A stretch of DNA of 64,000 nt from a virus, in IMG/VR virus record IMGVR_UViG_3300013426_000002, positions 32,001 to 96,000 of that record; one strand, written 5' to 3'. The notes beneath the pieces are model-generated. The model had not been told where the DNA came from. It saw only the letters and a list, made by a program, of their open reading frames with translations, and made no database searches. Below are positions 15,501 through 23,658 of the stretch, piece by piece (position 1 is the stretch's first letter; each line of letters starts with the position of its first letter). Position numbers and translations under genes: made by a program.

Positions 15501-18362
15501 TTTATCCGCTAATTCTCTTTGAAATTTAAAAAGCTTTTGATAATGTTCACCGTAATTTAAATCTCTGGTCATAAATCCTGTTTTGTGACCATCTTTTGTT
15601 TTCTCATGGAAATAAGCCAGTTTAGATTTATCTACCTGATCTAACAATGATAATAACTCTTTACCTTTGATTCTTTCTTCATCTGCTACAGCATTCTTAA
15701 CAGCGATTATTTTGTTCATCATAATTCTAACTAATTCACTATTAGAATACTGTGTACTACCAACCCATTGATCCCACAAGTTAATATCTAAATCGCCTTC
15801 TTCCAGAATGTTTTTCAATTGATCTACAGTATATGAACCAGCTTTAGTAGCTTCTTTAATAAAGTTATCTTTAGCAATTATATCAACTACATTATTGAAA
15901 TTTCTAACAAGTTCTGCATAATTGCCCATGATTCTTTTTAATGCTACTTTTGTATCATTAATCAATTGTTCATTATTGAAATAATCAAAAGTAGTATCAT
16001 CATCTAGCATATTCTGCAAATTAGTAGCAATGTTGTTATAGAATCCAATATAACCTTTTTTAATCAGATCCAATTCAGCATTAGAGATTTCATGATCATT
16101 ACCGTATTTAGCAGCTTCTTTTACTTTGGATAATATTCTTAAAGTTTCATATAATGCAGAATTGATATCTTGATCCATGTAATCTATGAATTCTAAAGTA
16201 GCTTTATCATTTTCTAATTGATTTAATCTAAATTCTAAAGCTCTCAGTTCATCTAGTTTATTCGGATCTGTATATTTAGAATATTGGATGTCCTTCATTC
16301 TACGATGAATAGAAGACATTAATTTGTCATACGTATCATTCACAGCTTTTGGAGTTTCAACAACTTTTTGGTTGTGTATTTCTTTGCCAAAGAAATAAGA
16401 ATTATCCAACGTACGACCAGATAAAAATGCTTTTGTGATTTCGTTTAAAGTGTCTTGTTTTTCATTAAATAATCCTTTTATCCAATTAAAAAATCTATTA
16501 TACCATTTTAATGCTTTAACAGAATTCTCACCTATTGCTTGTACTAAAGCTTCTTCGCTACCAAATTGTTTTATACCTCTTTGTACAATAGGCGCATTTC
16601 TAAACCAAGCAATGTAATGATGAGCATATTCGTGAGGTAAGGTGTCTTGATTTTCTAATGCAGCATTTAATAATACTCTACCAGCCATATATCCTTCTAC
16701 TTGGGCTTGTCCCCTAAGATTAGGGTTTGTTAATGCATCTATTTCAATGTTTGGATATATCTCTCGCAGTAATAAAGCTAATTCTTTATTTCTACCAGTA
16801 GCGTTTTGAGTAGCAGCTTCTTGATTATAAATATTATTATCCTGAGTAGAGAATGTACCTCGATTATCTATTGATTTAACTTGGCTTGATCTTCTAACTA
16901 CTATTTCTCTAGCTTGTTCATTAGCTTCATAATTATGTTTTACTATAATACCATCTCTAAATACCCAATCATCGCGTCTGGTTTGTGGTATTGTATCTTC
17001 TTCTCTGAGGTTTAAGTATGTAGCATATAAAGAATTACCTTCAGAAGCATACCTTTGTGCTAATTCTTGATTAGGAGTAAAATAAAAGCCAAAATCAAAT
17101 TGCCCTCTTCTCTGATAGTTTTCATCAAAAGTGTCGAAAGTGGCAGAACTTCCATGATACACTACTAAAGGCTCTCCATTTTCATCTACTACTTTGGATA
17201 CACTAGTTTTAGCTTTATTTAAACTTTTCCAATTTTTAAAATCTTCAACATCTTGTTTTGTACCTAACAAATGAACATTTTCTTTCGGATTAAATACCAC
17301 AATAACATCTGATTCAAATTCATTATTTGCTTCATTAGATATAATTGCATCATTTTTATTTTGCTTGGCTTTAGTAAATAATCCTCGTTGTTCTTCATAA
17401 TAAGTATTCTGATTTTTCTCTACAATTGGATTTTGTACATTGAGGACTGCTGGATACATCCCTTTTTTTACTTGTCTAGATTTCCAAGCATTTTGAAATT
17501 CAGATTTCTTTCTATTTACCCAATCATTAAAGGTCTCTTTACCATATCTTATATCAAAGACTTCTTCAAAAAACTCTTTATCTGTTTTATCTTGATATCC
17601 GTATCTAGCTTTTCTTTCTGATAAATACTTTCCGTTAGAACCACCTTTGTCTCTATTAAATATACCTCTTTTATTTGGAGAATATTGCCTAATATTTGGA
17701 CCTATTATCTCATTTTTCCAGTCATTAGACTCCATTCTACCATTACCAAGAGCCTCTTTTAATTCCCACCAGAGTTTGACCCAGTTATTATACCCTTCAG
17801 TATCAGGAATGTTTCTGTTTACACCAGAAATATATTGCAATGATGCCCAAGGCTGTTTGTTAAAATACATTTCTGCACCAGTTTCTGGAGCGCCAGATCC
17901 TTTACCTTTTTTGGAATTAGCAACACCTTGAGATAGATCTGAATCTGTACCATGCCAATATATGGAGTCAATTAAAGAATTTGGATATATAGAATTTATA
18001 TATTGTGTATATTCTTCTTTACTACCTACTTTAGATAACTCTGGGTTTATATCATACAAATAATCAACTGCGTCTTTGCTATTAATATCTGTTGATGTGT
18101 TACCAACCCAATCTCCAAACCAATTTCTAAAGCTTTCAGAGTAAGTTCTAGCTTTAGCTTGAATAGCAGCTACTCTATTACCATTATAATGCTCTAAAAG
18201 GTCTGAAAATAGCTTAGATGGCTCCCCATTGGGAGCCTTATCTAAACCATAGCCATTGTTTTCTGAAAGAACATAATATGCAGCATTCTCACTACCTAAT
18301 ATTTCTGTATACTCTTTAAGTAAAGCTGCAACTTCTGGATTTTTAATATTTAAACACTGCAT
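12528..18362 (-). CDS. Giant (1944 aa) multidomain 'polyvalent' virion protein: two ART-like modules and a zincin HExxH domain
   Basis: One ART-like module is IYWHGTDSD...EMYFNKQ (about 17780-17970) and the other is VVYHGSSATFDTFDE...FGFYFTPNQ (about 16990-17170). Both fit the [YW]HG[ST]...[FY]F[TN] pattern of phage polyvalent-protein ADP-ribosyltransferase-like domains. The HExxH motif is LPHEYAHHY (16620-16634). A C-terminal hydrophobic segment reads FLFSTLGFWLISSIIRAMA. Confidence 0.6.
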   Translation of the reverse strand: MQCLNIKNPEVAALLKEYTEILGSENAAYYVLSENNGYGLDKAPNGEPSKLFSDLLEHYNGNRVAAIQAKARTYSESFRNWFGDWVGNTSTDINSKDAVDYLYDINPELSKVGSKEEYTQYINSIYPNSLIDSIYWHGTDSDLSQGVANSKKGKGSGAPETGAEMYFNKQPWASLQYISGVNRNIPDTEGYNNWVKLWWELKEALGNGRMESNDWKNEIIGPNIRQYSPNKRGIFNRDKGGSNGKYLSERKARYGYQDKTDKEFFEEVFDIRYGKETFNDWVNRKKSEFQNAWKSRQVKKGMYPAVLNVQNPIVEKNQNTYYEEQRGLFTKAKQNKNDAIISNEANNEFESDVIVVFNPKENVHLLGTKQDVEDFKNWKSLNKAKTSVSKVVDENGEPLVVYHGSSATFDTFDENYQRRGQFDFGFYFTPNQELAQRYASEGNSLYATYLNLREEDTIPQTRRDDWVFRDGIIVKHNYEANEQAREIVVRRSSQVKSIDNRGTFSTQDNNIYNQEAATQNATGRNKELALLLREIYPNIEIDALTNPNLRGQAQVEGYMAGRVLLNAALENQDTLPHEYAHHYIAWFRNAPIVQRGIKQFGSEEALVQAIGENSVKALKWYNRFFNWIKGLFNEKQDTLNEITKAFLSGRTLDNSYFFGKEIHNQKVVETPKAVNDTYDKLMSSIHRRMKDIQYSKYTDPNKLDELRALEFRLNQLENDKATLEFIDYMDQDINSALYETLRILSKVKEAAKYGNDHEISNAELDLIKKGYIGFYNNIATNLQNMLDDDTTFDYFNNEQLINDTKVALKRIMGNYAELVRNFNNVVDIIAKDNFIKEATKAGSYTVDQLKNILEEGDLDINLWDQWVGSTQYSNSELVRIMMNKIIAVKNAVADEERIKGKELLSLLDQVDKSKLAYFHEKTKDGHKTGFMTRDLNYGEHYQKLFKFQRELADKLGFGDKDLSEVPALLNKEQLKIWNTENNKWHSKYSIRRFVPEYYELTNSLSEEARTRRDTINMEINLLLNKTRDKDGNPHRELLSDEDYGKLQELENGRRNLANPFYADGTTKAGLDLEIAKEMQQYNKKLRAKLNYKPNMEKYNKAREAAKKNLSPELFEKWEQRNSVERIKEDFWEDVKMLSSNPIKSDNQVLYENARKNLLKLYAREDGTFNVDAMPENVKSMINTYDVMISDEAIANRDKQKKSRVMEIAKWNINPKFYEEYEHMEKQGEAAFNAWFSVNARYTSRGDIVPASFWRKLVPKDEFKSKYVERIPNKSWAEIDRESPFYDPRFTKYEDRGETIIPNIKYFDNTAAYNKIVSDPKLKALYDALTDVMDLSNSKIGFLRYANKYKLPQIEGGAWTQIRSKDNFLSGIAYAAHDLYTVKDDDDRYMLENAKRSDGSLVKLIPTRYIKMLDNPDAITNDIVGSIIHYYKMAVNYEKMSEVAPELELALDFVGRMDFKDRKGGRISGVESKTYDKMKDLMNRFVYGMEKDAKEVNIPLPKGKHARVSIDKLVSNLAAYTRIQGISQNLNVILTGLITNKIQNRLEAISGIYFGNEELAKATKTLLPAYADAIKNIGKANNKNKVLCYLEYLGVVRDNEQTFSKLNQSRLLRALNQHYWYFGHEIGDIITKGKLALSVAYFNKYDPETGKFLNKNQFLRRFKDKKKGKAAWNALNITFFDAFEVKNNQLVVKPEYANVVDENLSNRIKNTTKQIATRIDTQLSDLDKSKLHSNLIGQLLLIYRNFILVNLQTKFLTKRQFNYSTGLWNEAQIPAAYEYVKRHYFDKSKIDQLKELYKDHYDELDDYEKGCLKRVTYEFLFSTLGFWLISSIIRAMADDDRDNWWKQEAAYLTLRASLETRGNVLPIEVFNMLNSPTAAWSTLQYWGDLTTVALQDPFQEINRGPYRGLNRFQRSLIKSTPLRSIYEARDPRSKLEYYDNLISIF

Positions 18363-18364
18363 AA

Positions 18365-21300
18365 TTATTCACATTCTTTTTTACGTTGTTTACCCATTTT
18401 GTCTAATTCTTCAGTAGCAGAATCATTAGCTGCTTGTTTCAAATCAGCTTCCGTAGCTGATACAAATTCTTCATCTATATCATAGTTTTCCACTACTTGC
18501 TGCTTTGCTTTTTCTAGAGTTTGAACCATTACATAATTCTTTGCTCTAGATACTGCTACGTACTTCAATTCTTGTCTTACTTCTTGACCATTTTTATCAT
18601 TAAACCCAAAAGTATTTATACTACTGTCGTTAATTAAAACTTTACTATAAGTACCACCTTGAGATTTATGAATTGTGTGAGCATATCCGTAATCAAACGA
18701 TTTTCTAAGCTTTAATCTACCGTTAGCGTCTTTAACATCTCGCATAGTGTGAATCCTATTTTGTATATTATTGATTTTTTCAATAACAGCTTTAGCTGCA
18801 GTCGGATTTCCCTCAGCTAACAATTGCTTACGCATACTCCACAAGGTCTGTATATATTCTTGAACTTTTATGATATTTTCATCTGTTTCAAAATTAGATA
18901 CTACATCAATAGTAAACGAAGAAGCAGAAGTATCTATTGCGTCTTTGAGAGTAACTTTATATCCTTCCATACTTATACTTTCTTTTCTGTCAGGATATGT
19001 TAAATCAATTTGAATAGTAGTAGGTTTAACACTTTGCACTACGTAGTCTCCACTATTCATTAATTTATACTTCTTTCTTAGAGAATCGTATTCTCTATTA
19101 GAATAACCCATTACAAGTTCTCCTTCATACAGTTGCGCTGGTCTCCTACCATACAGGATTTGTCTTATCGCAGAGTTATAAGCTTCTACAGAAGAGTTTG
19201 TCGCAGCCAATACTCTAAAATATAGAGGGTCTTGTGAATCTTTCATTTCTTTTAATGAAGTTCTAACAAATTCTCTAATTCTATTTTTATCCGCTGTGTA
19301 TTCAACACCCTGTCCGTTAGAAGCAATATCAGTTTTATAACTAAAATCCTCACCGTTTCTCACTCTAGTAGATTCTTTCAATATAGGATTATCCCCAGTT
19401 CTTTCTACTTTGGTTAATTGTAATTGTGCACCATTGTTTCTAAATACCTTGGATATATTATTTGCTTTTACTGGTCTTAATTGACCTTTATCTCCCATAA
19501 ATATGATCTGAGCTCCTTTCGCTGCAATTTGCTCAAGTAAGAAATCATATAAACTGTCTTGAATCATTGAGACTTCGTCAACGATAACTATTGAATTAGA
19601 TTCTATTTTAACATCGCCAACCTGTTCAAATTTTAACTTGTGCAAATCAAACACATCTTCAGTAATGTTAAAATCCGGGCGCAATCCTAATAAACTTTGA
19701 AGCGTAACAACTTTTGCATTCGGTGTCTTTTGTCTAGTTACAGCATTTGCTCTATGGGTAGGAGCTGAGAAAATAATATCTGCATTTATTCTACGCTTCA
19801 AATATTCATTAAATATACCCATAATAGTAGTTTTACCTGTACCAGCATAACCAGATAAAGTAATAGATGTATCATCTCCATTAACAAATGCTTCTAACTC
19901 TTTCAAAGCAGATTTCTGTTGATCATTCAATTCAAAATCTAATTTAACTTCTAAACCATCATCAAAAGTATATACATATTTATCTTGTATTTGCTTAGTT
20001 TCTTCAACAGCTTGTTTTACTTCTTCTACTTTGGGTAAAGCCTCTGTTAAACCTACTTGATTAGCATATTGTTGAAGTTCAGTGAATTGAGTAGGAGTTT
20101 CTGAAGATTGTTCATCATGAGACCAAGTTTCGGCAAGATTGGTTTCTTTTGCTTCAGTCGGTACTTGCCTTTTTGAACTATATTCAAAATTATCAAGATA
20201 CTGCTGATATGCTTCTTGTGATGCAGCTTCACCGTTCTTTGACTGATAAGTTTTAGACCATTCTTTATAAGCTAAAGGTTCAGTATTCTGCAAATCAACA
20301 TTTTCAGTAGCTACAGTCTGTAAAGCATTTTCATTGAATTCTCCAGCTTGATTAAACATCTTAGTCTGTAAACTAGCTTTGACAGGAGTTAAATCTTGTA
20401 CATAAGTTATAGCTCTAGACGGGGTAAAATCTATACCAGTAGGTACTACATTGTTATAGCCTACAGAAGATTTCTTAAAACCAAACTCAACAAGTACATT
20501 ACCCTTATAACTTAAACCTTTCTTATTAATCAATTGATATACTGGTACTTTATTTTCATCTACACCAATATATTTATATAAGAAAGTAGTTCTAGGATCG
20601 TTGTTTTTGTCTAATTTAACTTTCTTATAAAGATAATGTATAGGATCACCTGCTTCATTATAACCTACAATACCTCTAAATTTACTAGATTCATCATAGA
20701 TTATAGAAGGTATTTCAACTTGTTCTCCTTTCTTATTAGTTACAAATAATCCACTACCATCATGAGCAACAGGTCTATATACTGCTCTACCTTCTTCTTC
20801 AATAGTTTCATAGCTAGAATCCAATTTATAGTATTCAATAGCAGGAACTACATGATCATTCCACCACAGATTTCTGATTACTTCTTGTAAATCTATCTGA
20901 GATATAACATTTTCTGGATGTTTTTCTAATTCTCTAATATAGTCAAAATATCCTATTTCTTCTCTTATAGAGTTAGGAACGTATCTAAATATATTATTCT
21001 TACCAAAAGCATCTCCAGACGTATAGAAAGAATATATTGCAAGATCTTTAGCAAATTCTCTTACTTCTTTATAATCACTTTCATAAAGTTCTTCCCAAGC
21101 ACGAATGATCTCATTTTCCAAATTATTATCACCACTTTTATTAGGTTTGTATGCAATGAAATCAGGTCCTTGTAATTCTGCAGCATCTTCTTTTGGTCTA
21201 CTAAAGATATTGTTAATCAACACATTCGAAAAACTACCATCACTCCCAAGTAATGAAGGATATTTGCCTTGTAATATATCAGATTTAAGTCTATCCAATC

Positions 21301-22786
21301 TTCTAGAAATACTGTTGTTACCAAATAGCATACCACGGAATCCCATTTGATTATCTTTAACATACTGATTAAAGAATTTAGTCTTGTAAGATACTTCCAT
21401 TGCTCTAGTGATGTTGTTAATATATGTATCATCACTTACAGCATAACCTTTGGTATAGTATTCAATTAATGATCGTAAGGTTTCAAATTCCGGAGTAAGT
21501 CTAATCATGACATTCTGGAATGCGTTTCTAGGAAATACTAAACCATCAATCATTTTCTTACCTAAGAACGTATTAGTAAACACTTTCAAAGGATTGTTAA
21601 AAACAGATTGTTCAGTCATATACTGTTTCCATTTATCCAAGAATGCGCTTTGTAAACCAAAGTTATTACCAAATCTTTTAGTATCAATCTGAGATAAGTT
21701 AGTTAATTCTGACAAACTCTTAGAAAATGGAGTTAATTCTTCATAAGCCTTAAGAATTAATAATTGATTATAATACCAATCAAATGTTTCGGTTTTCTGT
21801 AATTGTTTTCTAAGATGTGGTACAGTAAACATTTCTTTTCTTTGATTAGTACCTACACCTTTATCCTTAAGATAATTCAGAAGATTCTCTTTCTTACCAC
21901 CGGATAATTCTTTTGCTTTTTTATAATAATCATTCCAAACCTTGGTAAATGCTAATCTTTCAGGATTTTTACCAGCAGGTATTTCAACGCCATAAAAACC
22001 AGAATATTTATCATATTCAGTTGCATAGTCTTTCAATATCTGTTGAGGTAAGAAATAAAATGTACTTTCACCTTTACCACTTCTAATTAAGAAGTTAGTC
22101 ATGTTAAAAGTTAATTTACGTACATTCAAACGAATAATATACGGATCTTTAGCTACGTCTACGTGAGCATTAATCAAAGCTGATAACCAGTCTAATACAT
22201 TGATTTTATTAGCATCTTCACTCTGAATATGATGCAAATCACGTATACCGTAATCGTTCAATACTTTATTTGGTTTGAAATTCAACTTAACTAATTGAGT
22301 TAATACTTGATGAGCATTAGCTAATGCAAACGGACCAATACCAAACTTACCACCATTCAACTCAGCTTTAGTTCTACTCTGGAATGCCGGAGTAGAGAAA
22401 TACAATTGAGATTTACTAGTTCTCTTACCTTGACCCGTTAATTTATCAACATCCTTAAGAATTTTGTCTTTCAGATAATCTGTTACAGTATCAAGAGGCT
22501 GTCTAGCTTCTGCAAAGTTCATAGGATTGCTGATTACTGACAAATACATATCAAGAAGCATATTTTCGTTTGCTTCTCTACTATTTGCTTCAAAATCAGT
22601 TTTACCATTATATCTCTCATAAGCTTTTCTTACTACAGTTTCATCATCTAAACCAGTAGCTTTCAGTCTCCGAACATACTGATCTTTTGTTTCAAACTTG
22701 ATTCTATTACCATTATTATCGTAGTTATATCTTGCTATAAATAATTTATCAATCGCTACTACCTTATGATTTCCATAAGGGCTAGA
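18365..22786 (-). CDS. Virion RNA polymerase polyprotein, exon 2 (continuation of the catalytic DPBB strand plus a C-terminal SF1B RecD/Dda-like helicase)
   Basis: The reading frame of the 18365..22561 ORF is open for 75 more codons upstream with no start codon (SSPYGNHKVVAIDKLF...ANEN-MLLDMY). GNHKVVAI aligns with the GDQMAVHV segment that follows NADFD in bacterial beta-prime. The helicase motifs are LSGYAGTGKTT, IVIVDEVSMI, FMGDKGQLRPV, HTIHKSQGGTY and YVAVSRAK (about 18570-19900). Confidence 0.7.
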   Translation of the reverse strand, partial: SSPYGNHKVVAIDKLFIARYNYDNNGNRIKFETKDQYVRRLKATGLDDETVVRKAYERYNGKTDFEANSREANENMLLDMYLSVISNPMNFAEARQPLDTVTDYLKDKILKDVDKLTGQGKRTSKSQLYFSTPAFQSRTKAELNGGKFGIGPFALANAHQVLTQLVKLNFKPNKVLNDYGIRDLHHIQSEDANKINVLDWLSALINAHVDVAKDPYIIRLNVRKLTFNMTNFLIRSGKGESTFYFLPQQILKDYATEYDKYSGFYGVEIPAGKNPERLAFTKVWNDYYKKAKELSGGKKENLLNYLKDKGVGTNQRKEMFTVPHLRKQLQKTETFDWYYNQLLILKAYEELTPFSKSLSELTNLSQIDTKRFGNNFGLQSAFLDKWKQYMTEQSVFNNPLKVFTNTFLGKKMIDGLVFPRNAFQNVMIRLTPEFETLRSLIEYYTKGYAVSDDTYINNITRAMEVSYKTKFFNQYVKDNQMGFRGMLFGNNSISRRLDRLKSDILQGKYPSLLGSDGSFSNVLINNIFSRPKEDAAELQGPDFIAYKPNKSGDNNLENEIIRAWEELYESDYKEVREFAKDLAIYSFYTSGDAFGKNNIFRYVPNSIREEIGYFDYIRELEKHPENVISQIDLQEVIRNLWWNDHVVPAIEYYKLDSSYETIEEEGRAVYRPVAHDGSGLFVTNKKGEQVEIPSIIYDESSKFRGIVGYNEAGDPIHYLYKKVKLDKNNDPRTTFLYKYIGVDENKVPVYQLINKKGLSYKGNVLVEFGFKKSSVGYNNVVPTGIDFTPSRAITYVQDLTPVKASLQTKMFNQAGEFNENALQTVATENVDLQNTEPLAYKEWSKTYQSKNGEAASQEAYQQYLDNFEYSSKRQVPTEAKETNLAETWSHDEQSSETPTQFTELQQYANQVGLTEALPKVEEVKQAVEETKQIQDKYVYTFDDGLEVKLDFELNDQQKSALKELEAFVNGDDTSITLSGYAGTGKTTIMGIFNEYLKRRINADIIFSAPTHRANAVTRQKTPNAKVVTLQSLLGLRPDFNITEDVFDLHKLKFEQVGDVKIESNSIVIVDEVSMIQDSLYDFLLEQIAAKGAQIIFMGDKGQLRPVKANNISKVFRNNGAQLQLTKVERTGDNPILKESTRVRNGEDFSYKTDIASNGQGVEYTADKNRIREFVRTSLKEMKDSQDPLYFRVLAATNSSVEAYNSAIRQILYGRRPAQLYEGELVMGYSNREYDSLRKKYKLMNSGDYVVQSVKPTTIQIDLTYPDRKESISMEGYKVTLKDAIDTSASSFTIDVVSNFETDENIIKVQEYIQTLWSMRKQLLAEGNPTAAKAVIEKINNIQNRIHTMRDVKDANGRLKLRKSFDYGYAHTIHKSQGGTYSKVLINDSSINTFGFNDKNGQEVRQELKYVAVSRAKNYVMVQTLEKAKQQVVENYDIDEEFVSATEADLKQAANDSATEELDKMGKQRKKECE

Positions 22787-23658
22787 CTATATCTTCACTT
22801 TGATAGTGCTTCCCATTTCACCTTTCGGCTACACAGCGTGTGTGCGCTGACTCAAATCATATTGAATTTTATGAAGCATTGAAGGAATTTGTTCAACATA
22901 TGGTTTTACGATGTCTATAAACTTTATTCCTTCTTTTGTTCCACAGCATAAAGAATAACTGTTTTCTTTTTTACCTTCGTGAAACATGTAAAAATCAATA
23001 TTCCAAACTTCTTTAAAGTAATCTATTATTGTTTGTAATTCCTCTTTTGGCATACAGGTTGCAATTTTTATATAGAAACCGTGAACTTTACCATTTGTTT
23101 TTCTATAATTTATATGTCCATCATCCATATACCAGATTGCAATTCCTTTAGCATCTAGTCTGTTTAATAGTTTTCTATTTCCCAATTTTTTATTAGGTTT
23201 ATAAAAAACTCTTCGCAAGACTTTTATAAAAGGTATAATATTTAATTGAGTGTAATAAACTTTTTTACCTGTATTATAACCTTTAACACTGATGTATTCT
23301 TTTAAACCATTGTTTCGTAAACCAGCGTCTTTAAGTTGTTTTATTTTCCACTCAAGATAATCACGTTGTTCTTCACAATGACTTAATTTAAATACATTGT
23401 TATTGCTTATTGTTCCATCACCAAGTAAAAGAGCTATCAATAAATTTCTAGATTCTTTAGTTATTTTTGTTTTCATACTTGCTATCCATTTAGGAAGCTT
23501 CCATTGAGTATTAGTCGTTGAACCTTCCGATTAGTTATATAGATAACGATCGGCTTGGCTGCTGGTTGCCCAATCCCTTGGATTTTTACTACACTTAGTA
23601 CCTTAGGCTCTAAGGGGTTTCCAGCAATTAAAGAAGTTTTGTTTCGACTATTGTGTTA
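22787..23658 (-). mobile_element. Group-I-like intron (about 872-884 nt) with a LAGLIDADG ORF, inserted in the RNA polymerase metal-binding motif
   Basis: The 5' exon ends ..GAC UUC GAU (23659). UUCGAU can pair with intron GUCGAA (rc of 23643-23648), 10 nt downstream, giving a P1 helix with U.G at the splice site. The flanks 23477-23658 and 22787-22828 are non-coding and GC-richer. The 3' boundary is ambiguous: 22787 gives an intron ending in G, whereas 22775 gives the direct DFD|G join. Confidence 0.65.
22829..23476 (-). CDS. LAGLIDADG homing endonuclease, intron-encoded
   Basis: 215 aa with the motifs LLIALLLGDGTIS and IAIWYMDDGHINY. It lies between the two halves of the RNA polymerase reading frame. 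Confidence 0.85.
   Translation of the reverse strand: MKTKITKESRNLLIALLLGDGTISNNNVFKLSHCEEQRDYLEWKIKQLKDAGLRNNGLKEYISVKGYNTGKKVYYTQLNIIPFIKVLRRVFYKPNKKLGNRKLLNRLDAKGIAIWYMDDGHINYRKTNGKVHGFYIKIATCMPKEELQTIIDYFKEVWNIDFYMFHEGKKENSYSLCCGTKEGIKFIDIVKPYVEQIPSMLHKIQYDLSQRTHAV

Noticed and set aside
23100-23140. YMDD (IAIWYMDDGH), and FAYADDIQ in the 3137-aa ORF, as reverse-transcriptase motif C that could supply the missing DGR RT
   Set aside because: The first is the second LAGLIDADG motif of the endonuclease. The second lies in a giant ORF with none of the surrounding RT motifs, that is, no upstream motifs 1-4 and no downstream thumb-like region. Isolated YxDD tetrapeptides are expected by chance in more than 10,000 codons.
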